Origin: Flavobacteriales bacterium
Lineage (GTDB): Bacteria > Bacteroidota > Bacteroidia > Flavobacteriales > UBA7312
NCBI GenBank assembly: GCA_029248105.1
Contig: JAQWJZ010000018.1
Location: 7,596 to 71,595 of the forward strand
Length of the DNA: 64,000 bases
Direction of reading: 5' to 3'
Made by a program: the position numbers and the translations under genes
Shown here: positions 47,176 through 56,723 of the stretch, piece by piece
Layout of the letters: the number at the start of each line of letters is the position of its first letter
Position numbering within the stretch: the stretch's first letter is position 1
The notes under the pieces: model-generated
Databases searched by the model: none
Seen by the model: only the letters and a program-made list of their open reading frames with translations
Told to the model about the DNA's origin: nothing

Positions 47176-47575
47176 AAAAATTTCTACTTTTCATAAAACT
47201 TTGCATGAACTTTTTGTGGGCTTTAGTGTCTGCAATTTTTAGTTTTAGGATGTAGTTTTTTACTTGAGCTTCGAGCTTTCCGTCATTATTTAAAAAGCTC
47301 ATTTGATTGTATCTCGACATCAGTACATATTCTTCATTTTTGTGTCTAAAGTATATTGCGCTTCCTTTGGTTCTCATCTCAATAGTACAATAAACTAAGT
47401 CATTGTAATTTTCAAAATCTATATCAAATGCTGTTGGTCTAATGTTTAATAGTAGATATTTTGGAGATCCATAAAAGCCATATTTTATTTTCTCTAAAAG
47501 CGTGTAGGCTTTACCGCAAATATTTACTAATTCTTCTCTTATTTTTTTCTGATTTTGGCTTGTTTTAAATAGCAT
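47165..47575 (-). CDS. Hypothetical protein (136 aa)
   Basis: The start is taken at the ATG of MLFKTSQNQ. The longer ORF to 47617 runs into the palindrome and promoter. No family recognised. Confidence 0.4.
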   Translation of the reverse strand: MLFKTSQNQKKIREELVNICGKAYTLLEKIKYGFYGSPKYLLLNIRPTAFDIDFENYNDLVYCTIEMRTKGSAIYFRHKNEEYVLMSRYNQMSFLNNDGKLEAQVKNYILKLKIADTKAHKKFMQSFMKSRNFSSQ

Positions 47576-47580
47576 AATCG

Positions 47581-47588
47581 TATATTTG
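47581..47588 (+). promoter_or_regulatory. -7 box TAnnTTTG (plus strand) ahead of the 47660..59552 gene string
   Basis: tatatttg overlapping the left arm of palindrome copy 3. Confidence 0.45.
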
Positions 47589-47618
47589 TATAACAAAAAT
47601 ACAAAATAGTTATACAAG
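47585..47618. promoter_or_regulatory. Palindromic operator candidate TTTGTATAA-N16-TTATACAAg (copy 3 of 3)
   Basis: tttgtataa-caaaaatacaaaatag-ttatacaag, in the 84-bp divergent intergenic region. A minus-strand -7 box (tatttttg, plus coordinates 47594..47601) lies in its spacer. Confidence 0.7.
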
Positions 47619-47659
47619 TTGTTTTTTTAACATAAATAATTTCATTTACTAATACTAAT

Positions 47660-48121
47660 ATGGCTCATTACCAACTCCGTAAAGAACAGTTTTTAAATAC
47701 AGATATAGATACTATTTGGGATTTCGCATCATCTCCGGCTAATTTGAAAGAAATTACCCCTGACTATATGTTGTTTGACATCACTTCAAAAGACTTGCCC
47801 GAGAAGATGTATCCCGGTATGATAATCTCCTATAGAGTATCTCCTTTGCTTAATATCAAGATGAATTGGGTAACCGAAATTACTCAAGTTAAAGACAAGC
47901 ATTTTTTTATTGATGAACAACGATTAGGTCCATACAAGATGTGGCATCACCAACACTTTTTTGAAGAAAAAGACGGTGGAATTCTTATGACCGATATTAT
48001 AACCTACATTCCTCCTTTTGGAATACTTGGAGATATTGCCAACACTCTATTAATCAAAAAACAGCTTAAAGGCATTTTTGACTATCGTTTTAAAGTAATG
48101 GATGAAAAATTTAATCGATAA
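47660..48121 (+). CDS. SRPBCC (START/Bet v1-like) family protein
   Basis: 153 aa. The pattern W.F.S.P.NL..ITP...GPYK.W.H.H.F is typical of the SRPBCC proteins found next to photolyase genes. Confidence 0.7.
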   Translation: MAHYQLRKEQFLNTDIDTIWDFASSPANLKEITPDYMLFDITSKDLPEKMYPGMIISYRVSPLLNIKMNWVTEITQVKDKHFFIDEQRLGPYKMWHHQHFFEEKDGGILMTDIITYIPPFGILGDIANTLLIKKQLKGIFDYRFKVMDEKFNR

Positions 48122-48124
48122 GTA

Positions 48125-48604
48125 ATGAAACGACCTTGGAATATAATCAGCCCTCCTGTATATAGTTTAGTTACTTATGACGATGAAGGCAAAGTCAATA
48201 TGAATATATGTACATACGTTTCTGCGGTGAGTATGAAGCCTAAGATATACTCTATTGCTATTGACTATACCACTAAGACGTATAAAAATCTTGAAAAATC
48301 TTCCAAAGTGGTGTTACAATTATTAAGTGCTAACAATCTAAAGGTTATTAGAAAGTTAGGTAAAATTAGCGGCAAACTTTTCGATAAGGATCGTTATCTT
48401 AATTCATACAATTTGCTTCAGCCATGGAAAAATTATGCTGTCTTAAAGGATACCTGTGCGCTAATAGAGTTAGAAAAAAAATCTGTTGTCAATAATCATG
48501 GTGATCACGCTATTTTTTTCTTTGACGTAACAGGTTTTAAAACCATTTCTGAAAAAAATGTGCTGTCCTTTCAAGACTTAGTGGATAATAGAATAATACT
48601 TTAA
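48125..48604 (+). CDS. Flavin reductase-like (split-barrel FMN-binding) protein
   Basis: 159 aa. The N-terminal part resembles the Flavin_Reduct domain (VYSLVTYDDEGKVNMNICTYVSAVSMKP). Confidence 0.65.
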   Translation: MKRPWNIISPPVYSLVTYDDEGKVNMNICTYVSAVSMKPKIYSIAIDYTTKTYKNLEKSSKVVLQLLSANNLKVIRKLGKISGKLFDKDRYLNSYNLLQPWKNYAVLKDTCALIELEKKSVVNNHGDHAIFFFDVTGFKTISEKNVLSFQDLVDNRIIL

Positions 48605-48605
48605 T

Positions 48606-49238
48606 ATGCATCTTACTCAAGAACAAATACAACAAACACCACGCATCAAAAGGTTGAATTTAATCAATTCAATTACAGGTGTTAAACCAGCAAATTTAAT
48701 AGGAACTGTTTCTGATGATGGGCATACTAATTTGGCGGTTTTTAGTTCAATAGTCCATTTGGGAAGTAATCCTGCTCTTTTGGGATTCGTCTTGCGTCCT
48801 CAACATGAAGTGAGGCGAGATACTTATGATAATATTTTGCAGAATAAGTGTTACACTATAAACCACATTCATACAGATTTTATTGAGAACGCTCATTATA
48901 CGTCAGCAAAATTTGATAAAGATGAATCTGAATTTGATAAATGCAATTTTACTGAAGAATTTTTGTTCGACTTTCAAGCACCTTTTGTCAAGGAAAGTCG
49001 TGTTAAGCTAGCAATGCAATTAGAAGATATGTTACCAATAGAATTAAACAATTGTATGATGGTAATTGGTTCTATACAACATTTGTGGATTGACGATGTG
49101 GCTGTAGAGGATGATGGTCAAATCAATTTGGAGTTATTGAATGACGTTGGAATAGGAGGGTTAAATAGCTACTATAGGCTAGAAAGGATAGGGCAATTTC
49201 CATATGCTAGGGCTAACGAATTACCTGATTTTCGATAA
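48606..49238 (+). CDS. Flavin reductase family protein
   Basis: GVKPANLIGTVSDDGHTNLAVFSSIVHLGSNPALLGFVLRP is the Flavin_Reduct pattern. Confidence 0.75.
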   Translation: MHLTQEQIQQTPRIKRLNLINSITGVKPANLIGTVSDDGHTNLAVFSSIVHLGSNPALLGFVLRPQHEVRRDTYDNILQNKCYTINHIHTDFIENAHYTSAKFDKDESEFDKCNFTEEFLFDFQAPFVKESRVKLAMQLEDMLPIELNNCMMVIGSIQHLWIDDVAVEDDGQINLELLNDVGIGGLNSYYRLERIGQFPYARANELPDFR

Positions 49239-49241
49239 ATT

Positions 49242-49373
49242 TTGAAAAAGCCTTTGCCACATAAAATTTGTACCGTTTGTCAGAGACCTTTCTCTTGGCG
49301 AAAAAAGTGGGAAAGAGTATGGGAGGATGTTAAATACTGTAGCCAACGCTGTAGAAGAAATAAAAGTAATTAG
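49242..49373 (+). CDS. DUF2256 small zinc-ribbon protein (43 aa; absent from the ORF track)
   Basis: Translation from TTG is [42 protein letters not shown]. CxxC...CxxxC and FSWRKKWE match DUF2256. It sits 2 nt before the cryptochrome-like gene. Confidence 0.75.
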   Translation: MKKPLPHKICTVCQRPFSWRKKWERVWEDVKYCSQRCRRNKSN

Positions 49374-49375
49374 TA

Positions 49376-50887
49376 ATGAATAGTGTAAATATTATTTTTC
49401 CTCATCAGTTATTTCAGCAAAGTGATTTGTTAGATAATAACTTCCCTATATACCTTGTTGAGGAATACCTATTTTTTAAACACTACAATTTTCATAAACA
49501 AAAACTGGCTTTCCATAGAGCAAGTATGAAGTTTTATCAATCTTATCTTGAGTCAAAAGGCAAAAAAGTAATCTATGTTCAAGCTAATGAAACAACTTCA
49601 GACATTCGCCTATTGATACCTGAACTAATCGACAAAGGTGTGCGTGAAATACACATCATTAATCCAGTTGATGATTGGCTTGAAAAAAGATTGTCAGAGG
49701 GGGCTAAAGATATGCTTTGTACCATCTATGAAAGTCCATATTTTATTAATCTATCAGATGAATATTCAGACTTTTTTAAGGCGACCAAGAAGAAGTATTT
49801 TCAAACCTCTTTTTACATTGAGCAACGTAAAAAATTAAGGATATTAATAGATAAAAATGCTTCACCCACAGGCGGTAAATGGAGCTATGACACCGATAAT
49901 AGAAAGAAGTATCCTAAAGATAAAGAAGCGCCCAAATTCAGGCCTTTGCCGTCCAACGAATTTTATTCGGAGGCTGTAACCTATGTCAATCAGAATTTTT
50001 CTGATAATCTTGGTCAACTGTCCGATAATCCTATTTACCCCAATGATTTTGCTCAAACATCAAAATGGCTTAATGACTTCTTTGACCAACGATTTTATGA
50101 CTTTGGTATTTATGAAGATGCTATTGTAGACAAAGAACACTTTCTTAATCATAGTATTCTTACGCCCATGCTTAATGTGGGTTTAATAACTCCTGCGCAA
50201 ATTATAGATGCTGTGTTGGCTTATAGCCAGACCAATGAAATCCCCCTTAATTCCTTAGAAGGATTTATCCGTCAAATTATTGGTTGGAGAGAATTTATAA
50301 GAGGAATATATGTTGCTAAAGGTACTGAAGAAAGAAACCGTAATTTCTTTCAACATAGTCGTAAAATACCACCTTCTTTTTATGATGGCACTACAGGAAT
50401 AGTGCCCATTGACACAACCATAAAAAAGATACTAAAAACAGCTTATGCTCATCATATAGAACGGTTGATGGTATTAGGCAATTTCATGTTGTTGTGTGAG
50501 TTTGATCCAGATGAAATTTACCGTTGGTTTATGGAGTTATTTATTGATGCTTACGATTGGGTGATGGTGCCTAATGTATATGGCATGAGTCAATTTGCTG
50601 ACGGTGGACTCATGTCTACTAAGCCGTACATAAGTAGTAGTAACTATTTGAGAAAAATGAGTAATTACAAAAAGGATGAATGGCAAGATACATGGGACGC
50701 ATTATACTGGCAGTTTATAGATAAACACAGGGATGTCTTTAATAAAAACATAAGAATGAAATTTATGGTTTCTATGTATGATAAAATGTCAAGCCAAAAA
50801 AAGGAGAAATTCGTACAAATTGTAGATAATTATTTTACAACTTTGGACGTTGAATTTAAAAAAACAGAAAAGATAAAAAATGGCTAG
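49376..50887 (+). CDS. Cryptochrome/photolyase-related protein (DPRP / FeS-BCP-CryPro clade) lacking the Fe-S cysteines
   Basis: IIFPHQLF N-terminus, GWREFIRG, HHIERLMVLGNF and DAYDWVMVPNVYGMSQFADGG. There are only two Cys in the whole protein. Confidence 0.8.
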   Translation: MNSVNIIFPHQLFQQSDLLDNNFPIYLVEEYLFFKHYNFHKQKLAFHRASMKFYQSYLESKGKKVIYVQANETTSDIRLLIPELIDKGVREIHIINPVDDWLEKRLSEGAKDMLCTIYESPYFINLSDEYSDFFKATKKKYFQTSFYIEQRKKLRILIDKNASPTGGKWSYDTDNRKKYPKDKEAPKFRPLPSNEFYSEAVTYVNQNFSDNLGQLSDNPIYPNDFAQTSKWLNDFFDQRFYDFGIYEDAIVDKEHFLNHSILTPMLNVGLITPAQIIDAVLAYSQTNEIPLNSLEGFIRQIIGWREFIRGIYVAKGTEERNRNFFQHSRKIPPSFYDGTTGIVPIDTTIKKILKTAYAHHIERLMVLGNFMLLCEFDPDEIYRWFMELFIDAYDWVMVPNVYGMSQFADGGLMSTKPYISSSNYLRKMSNYKKDEWQDTWDALYWQFIDKHRDVFNKNIRMKFMVSMYDKMSSQKKEKFVQIVDNYFTTLDVEFKKTEKIKNG

Positions 50888-52127
50888 AATTATTTTTACA
50901 ACAATACTCATAGCTTTCATTTTAAGTATCGACATTTATGTATGGTCGGCGTTTAAAAGTCAAATTACAGGAAATCCAATATTTAAATATGGCTTTTGGC
51001 TCATTACTGCAATTACTATTGCTTTGATGTATTACCCAGCTATAAATACCAATATGACACTTTACCCCAATTATTTGGTAATTATTTTTGGTTTTGTGTT
51101 TACCATAATTGCATCCAAATTAGCAATGATTTTACCTTTGTTGATTGATGATGTTATTCGTCTATTTAAGTATTTGTATCAATCCATTTTTGTAAATAAA
51201 AGCTTATCTCTAGGTGGTCAGCCAATTAGCAGAATAGATTTTTTAAAAAATACAGCTTTAGGTATTGGGGCATTAACTTTTTCACTGTTTTCATATGGAA
51301 TTCTTGTAGGCAGGTTTAATTTTAAAAAACACATAGTTGATTTATCACTAAACAACTTTCCTAAAGGATCTAAGCCTTTGAAGATTGTTCAGATTTCGGA
51401 TTTGCATTTGGGTAGTTTTCAAAGAAAAGATAAGCTTTTGGAAGCGGTAGAATTAATCAATGAAGAAAAGCCTGACTTGATATTTTTTACAGGAGATTTG
51501 GTCAATAATCATGCTAAAGAAGCCGAGCCATTTGTTGACACATTAAAGCAGCTCAAATCGAAGTATGGTAAATTTGCAGTTTTGGGAAATCACGATTATG
51601 CAGACTATGTTGGTTTAGATTTAAATTCTGAAGACGGTCGTTCCAAATGGCAAAGGAATTTTGATGAGATAAAATCGCATTTTGCAAATTCGGATTTCAA
51701 ACTTTTACTCAATGAAACCGAGATGCTTAGTCTGGATGGATTAGAAATAAATGTAGTCGGAGTAGAGAATTGGGGCGATGGTAGGTTTTCAAAATACGGT
51801 GATTTAGAAAAAGCCATGCTATCGGCTAAAGAAGGTATTCCAACTTTTTTACTTTCTCATGATCCTACACATTGGACTAACAAGGTTATTCCTTTCTCTA
51901 AACAAGTAGACTTACAATTAGCAGGGCATACTCATGGAATGCAGTTTGGTATTGAAATTGGCGGCGTAAAATGGAGCCCTTCGCAATGGAAGTATAAATT
52001 TTGGGCTGGTCTTTACCAAAACAAAGAGCAATACCTTTACGTCAATAGAGGTATAGGTCATTTGGGTTATCCTGGAAGAGTAGGAATTATGCCTGAAATA
52101 ACTATTTTAAATATTCAATCAACCTAA
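50880..52127 (+). CDS. Membrane-anchored metallophosphoesterase
   Basis: N-terminal TM segments, then VQISDLHLG, TGDLVN, GNHDY and GHTHG motifs. Confidence 0.85.
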   Translation: MARIIFTTILIAFILSIDIYVWSAFKSQITGNPIFKYGFWLITAITIALMYYPAINTNMTLYPNYLVIIFGFVFTIIASKLAMILPLLIDDVIRLFKYLYQSIFVNKSLSLGGQPISRIDFLKNTALGIGALTFSLFSYGILVGRFNFKKHIVDLSLNNFPKGSKPLKIVQISDLHLGSFQRKDKLLEAVELINEEKPDLIFFTGDLVNNHAKEAEPFVDTLKQLKSKYGKFAVLGNHDYADYVGLDLNSEDGRSKWQRNFDEIKSHFANSDFKLLLNETEMLSLDGLEINVVGVENWGDGRFSKYGDLEKAMLSAKEGIPTFLLSHDPTHWTNKVIPFSKQVDLQLAGHTHGMQFGIEIGGVKWSPSQWKYKFWAGLYQNKEQYLYVNRGIGHLGYPGRVGIMPEITILNIQST

Positions 52128-52133
52128 CAACTT

Positions 52134-54515
52134 ATGAAGTATTACTTATCCTTAATTTTTACGTGTCTTATTTTTTATTCAAATGCCCAGACTGTGAGGG
52201 TATATGGTAGCGTTAAAAATGCCCTAAATAATGAGGCAATTCCTTTTGCAAATGTTATAATTGATGGGACTTCAAAGGGAGCAACCACAGATATTGATGG
52301 AAATTTTGAATTGCTTGATATTACTCCTGGTATATATAACTTTAAGTGTAGTTACATCGGCTTTAACACGGATTTAAAAACAGAGATACAATTAACTCCA
52401 AATAAGAATTTAAGATTAGATTTTTTCTTAACAGAAAACGCTCAAATTATTGATGAGGTTCAGGTTACTGCCAATACGTTTAATAAAACAGAAGAAAGCC
52501 CTACTAGTTTAAGGACAATTAATGCATCTGAAATATTAAGAAGCCCAGGAGGAAATCGTGATATTTCAAAGGTAATAGCCAATTTACCAGGCGTTTCTAG
52601 TTCGCCATCTTTTAGGAATGATATTGTAATTCGTGGTGGCGCACCCAATGAAAATCGTTTTTTTCTCGATGGTGTTGAAATACCTAACATCAATCACTTT
52701 GCCACACAAGGGTCTTCAGGTGGTCCGGTAGGCATTTTGAATGTCAATTTTATTAGAGAAGTAGATTTTTATTCAGGAGCTTTTCCTGCAAATAGAGGAA
52801 ATGCTTTGAGCTCTGTAATGGAACTTAAACAAATTGAAGGAAGTGATGAAGAATTGAGCGCATCATTTATGTTGGGTTCAAGTGATGCGGGTTTAACGAT
52901 AAGCACTCCTTTATCAGAAAAATCTACTATGTTGTTGTCAGCAAGACGTTCCTATTTGCAGTTTTTATTCAAAGCACTGCAATTGCCTTTTTTGCCTACT
53001 TACAACGATTTGCAATTTAAGTATACTCACAAGCCAGATGCTAAAAATCAATTTAATATTATTGCTTTGGCAGCTATTGATGAATTTACACTTAACCCAG
53101 AAGCTAATGAGGGTATCGATGACCTTCAACAACTTGCTCAAAATGAATATACGCTGAATAACTTGCCCGTAAATGAGCAATGGAATTATACCCTTGGTGG
53201 AACATGGAAACGTTTTTTTGATAACTCTAATTTATTTGTTGTATTGAGTCGTAGCCACCTCAATAATACGGCAGTAAAGTATGCTGACTATGCAGACGAA
53301 ACATCGGAAAAACTATTAGATTATGAATCTCAAGAAATAGAAAATAAAGCCAGAATAGAGTATAATTTTAGAAGAAGTGATGTTAAATTTAACGTAGGGT
53401 TAAATCTAGAAGATGCTACCTATTTAAATTCAACAAATCAAACTATTACTTCAGGAACTTCTATTATTCCAGTTCTAGTGGAAGCAGATTTGCATTTTAT
53501 TAAATACGGTGCTTTTGCTCAATTGAGTAAGACTTATTTGGTTGATAGGTTAGTAACATCTTTTGGTTTTAGAATAGATGGGAATAGTTTTACAGAGAAT
53601 TCAACAACTCCTAATTTTTCACCTCGACTCTCTTTGGCATATAATCTTTCACAAAAAGCAAGTGTAAACGCTAACTTAGGGAGGTATTATCAGTTACCAG
53701 CTTATACAATTTTGGGGTATGGGTTAAATAATAATTTCGAAAATCAAGATGTTGAATATATTCAATGCGACCATGCCGTCTTTGGTTTAGAATTCAACCC
53801 TTCTAATTACAGTAAAGTAACGCTTGAGACGTTCTATAAGCAATACGATAACTATCCTTTTTCTATTATTGATAGTATTTCTTTAGCCAATTTGGGTGGT
53901 GACTTTGGTGTAATCGGTAACGAGGATATTTCTTCCATCTCTAAAGGCAGAAGTTATGGGGTAGAGTTTTTAGCTCAACAAAAACTAAGCTCATCGGTTT
54001 ACGGTATTATGTCTGTGACTTATTATAGAAGTGAGTTCGAAGATAAAAATGGTGAGCTTATTCCTTCGGCTTGGGATAATCGTTTTATTTTTAATATGAC
54101 TGCCGGTAAAAAATTCAAAAGAAATATTGAACTAGGGCTAAAATTCCGTTACTCTGGCGGAGCACCTTATACTCCTATCGATTTAGTTACCTCCAGTGAT
54201 AAAGGTGTTTGGGATAAAAATCGAAGAGGAGTGTTAAGTTACGATGCTTTGAATACTGAACGTTTAAACAATGTTCATGGTGTTGACTTGCGATTGGATA
54301 AAAAATGGTATTTCAACAAGTGGAGTTTGAATGCCTACATAGATGTGGAAAATTTATATAACTTCAAGATACAACTGCCATCCGAAGTAGGTATTGACCC
54401 TGAAATTGGCAATCAAGTATATACAGCACAAGACAGTAATCAATATTCTCTTTACGAAATTATTAATGAGTCAGGAACAGTACTTCCTAGTATTGGGCTA
54501 TTAATAGAATTTTAA
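52134..54515 (+). CDS. TonB-dependent receptor with an N-terminal carboxypeptidase-regulatory-like domain
   Basis: Signal peptide, VYGSVKNA...DGNFEL (CarbopepD_reg), a plug region, a long beta-barrel and the terminal ...GLLIEF. Confidence 0.85.
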   Translation: MKYYLSLIFTCLIFYSNAQTVRVYGSVKNALNNEAIPFANVIIDGTSKGATTDIDGNFELLDITPGIYNFKCSYIGFNTDLKTEIQLTPNKNLRLDFFLTENAQIIDEVQVTANTFNKTEESPTSLRTINASEILRSPGGNRDISKVIANLPGVSSSPSFRNDIVIRGGAPNENRFFLDGVEIPNINHFATQGSSGGPVGILNVNFIREVDFYSGAFPANRGNALSSVMELKQIEGSDEELSASFMLGSSDAGLTISTPLSEKSTMLLSARRSYLQFLFKALQLPFLPTYNDLQFKYTHKPDAKNQFNIIALAAIDEFTLNPEANEGIDDLQQLAQNEYTLNNLPVNEQWNYTLGGTWKRFFDNSNLFVVLSRSHLNNTAVKYADYADETSEKLLDYESQEIENKARIEYNFRRSDVKFNVGLNLEDATYLNSTNQTITSGTSIIPVLVEADLHFIKYGAFAQLSKTYLVDRLVTSFGFRIDGNSFTENSTTPNFSPRLSLAYNLSQKASVNANLGRYYQLPAYTILGYGLNNNFENQDVEYIQCDHAVFGLEFNPSNYSKVTLETFYKQYDNYPFSIIDSISLANLGGDFGVIGNEDISSISKGRSYGVEFLAQQKLSSSVYGIMSVTYYRSEFEDKNGELIPSAWDNRFIFNMTAGKKFKRNIELGLKFRYSGGAPYTPIDLVTSSDKGVWDKNRRGVLSYDALNTERLNNVHGVDLRLDKKWYFNKWSLNAYIDVENLYNFKIQLPSEVGIDPEIGNQVYTAQDSNQYSLYEIINESGTVLPSIGLLIEF

Positions 54516-54516
54516 G

Positions 54517-55425
54517 ATGGCAGAAAAAGTACTTATTACAGGAGCAAGTGGCTCATTAGCAATTCGGGTAAAACGAATACTCATATCTCAAGGCTATGAA
54601 GTTATTGCATTATCGACCAATAAGCGAAAGGTAGATAATAAGGACGTCTTTTATTGGAATATTTCTGAAAAATTAATTGACAAAAATGCATTGTTAGACT
54701 GTCAGCATATCATTCATCTTTCAGGTTATAACATCATGAAGCCTTGGACGGAAAAAAACAAGGACTTAATGTATGAAAGTAGGATAGATGCGGCTGATTT
54801 ATTATATGAACGGTGTAAATCTTTAGGAGTAAATCCAAAAACATTTGTTTCCGCTTCAGCACTTGGCTTCTATGGTATTGATGCCCAGGGTATCCAATCA
54901 GAAGAAGACTCTCCTGCTGACGATTGGCTCTCTAAAATGTGTGTTGATTGGGAGTCTGCTGCTCAACAATTTGAGACACTAGGCAGTAGAGTAATTCAAA
55001 TGAGAATATCTCTGCTTTTAAGCAAAGATGCTGGTTTTTTACAGCCTACAATTTTATCTATGCGCTTGGGTATGGGTGTTGTGTTTGGAAATGGAATACA
55101 ATCCATTGAATGGATACATATAGAGGATGCAGCAAAATTCGTATATTATGCCATCGAGAATCGGTCGGTCAGTGGAGCTTATAATATGGCCTCAAAACAA
55201 AAATGGACTCAATATGACTTTATGAAATTTATAAAGTCTAAAGTAGCAAAGTATGCTATTCTCATAAAATTGCCATTATTTGTTTTAAGATTGATTTTTG
55301 GGGGAAGAAGTATTATCCTTGTGGGTGGCTGCTCACTCTCAGTTGATAAGCTTTTAAGCACTGGATTTAAGTACGATTATCCTACTTTAGAAAGTGCTAT
55401 TAATAAAGAATTAATGAAGTCATGA
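54517..55425 (+). CDS. TIGR01777-family (YfcH/SDR39U1-like) epimerase-fold protein
   Basis: VLITGASGSLA Rossmann start, ~300 aa, C-terminal DUF1731-like ...GFKYDYPTLESAI. Confidence 0.8.
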   Translation: MAEKVLITGASGSLAIRVKRILISQGYEVIALSTNKRKVDNKDVFYWNISEKLIDKNALLDCQHIIHLSGYNIMKPWTEKNKDLMYESRIDAADLLYERCKSLGVNPKTFVSASALGFYGIDAQGIQSEEDSPADDWLSKMCVDWESAAQQFETLGSRVIQMRISLLLSKDAGFLQPTILSMRLGMGVVFGNGIQSIEWIHIEDAAKFVYYAIENRSVSGAYNMASKQKWTQYDFMKFIKSKVAKYAILIKLPLFVLRLIFGGRSIILVGGCSLSVDKLLSTGFKYDYPTLESAINKELMKS

Positions 55426-56723
55426 ATTATAATCTAAGTATATTTTGGTTTAGGCGAGACTTGAGATTGCATGATAATCATGGTTTTTTTCAAGCCTTGA
55501 GTAAATCTAAATCTGTTCTTCCTGTTTTCATCTTTGATATCAATATTTTAGATAAGCTTGATGAAAATGATAGACGTGTGAGTCTTCTTTTTGATCGCTT
55601 AAAAGAGTTAAATAAAGAACTTGCTAAACACAATAAAAAAATTCATGTCTATTATGGTAATCCAAAATCGATTTTCAATGACCTTTTAGAAAAGGTGCCT
55701 TATGAAGCTATATTTGCCAATAGGGATTATGAACCTTACGCTATCCAAAGAGATCAGTCGATAAAAACATCAATGATTAAAAAAAAGGTAAAATTTCGTT
55801 CCTTCAAAGATCATGTTATTTTTGAAAAAGACGAAGTCTTAACAGATACGGGCAAAGTTTACTCTGTTTACACCTATTATATGAAAAAATGGAAAGCACA
55901 GTTTAGAGCTTCAATGACTCAGCCTTTCCCCTCAGATACCCTATTGCATAAATGCAAAACTTCAAACGAATTGCCATGTGTTGAAACTATTGAAGATATT
56001 GGATTTGATTACACAGATTATATCTTACACAAGCCAAATTTAACCTACCGTTCATTGCTCGAATATGATGCTAGTAGGAATGATCCAAACCTAAATGGAA
56101 CCAGTAATGCATCTGTGCATTTGAGGTTTGGCTTTTTAAGTATAAGAGAGGTTTCAAAAATAGCCTATCAATATTCTGACACGTTTTTAAATGAATTAAT
56201 TTGGCGTTCATTTTATGCTCAAATACTTTGGCATTATCCTAAAATTGTAACGAGTTGCTTTAGAGAAAAATATAATAATATAAAATGGAATAACCCCGAT
56301 TTGTATATCAAGTGGAAGTACGGAGAAACAGGTTTTCCTATTGTTGATGCAGGTATGCGTCAGCTTTTTGAAACTGGCTATATGCACAATAGGGTACGCA
56401 TGATTACAGCCTCTTTTTTAGTCAAAAACTTAGGCATCGATTGGCGTCTAGGAGAAGCTTATTTTGCTTCTGCATTAATGGATTATGATCTAGCATCAAA
56501 CAATGGTAATTGGCAATGGGTTGCTGGTACAGGTTGTGATTCTGCACCTTATTTTAGAGTTTTTAATCCAAACACACAGTTAGAAAGGTATGACCCAAAA
56601 TTAACTTATTGTAAAAAATGGATTAATGAGATGGAGGAAAATGGGTTGTACAGAGTTCGTAAAGTTGTAGATGCTAAACAATCTAGACTTGAAGCTATTG
56701 ACCGTTATAAAACATGTGTGTGA
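55422..56723 (+). CDS. phr: Deoxyribodipyrimidine photolyase (class I CPD photolyase / Cry-DASH-like)
   Basis: IFWFRRDLRLHDNHG N-terminus, and C-terminal GNWQWVAGTGCDSAPYFRVFNP. Confidence 0.9.
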   Translation: MNYNLSIFWFRRDLRLHDNHGFFQALSKSKSVLPVFIFDINILDKLDENDRRVSLLFDRLKELNKELAKHNKKIHVYYGNPKSIFNDLLEKVPYEAIFANRDYEPYAIQRDQSIKTSMIKKKVKFRSFKDHVIFEKDEVLTDTGKVYSVYTYYMKKWKAQFRASMTQPFPSDTLLHKCKTSNELPCVETIEDIGFDYTDYILHKPNLTYRSLLEYDASRNDPNLNGTSNASVHLRFGFLSIREVSKIAYQYSDTFLNELIWRSFYAQILWHYPKIVTSCFREKYNNIKWNNPDLYIKWKYGETGFPIVDAGMRQLFETGYMHNRVRMITASFLVKNLGIDWRLGEAYFASALMDYDLASNNGNWQWVAGTGCDSAPYFRVFNPNTQLERYDPKLTYCKKWINEMEENGLYRVRKVVDAKQSRLEAIDRYKTCV

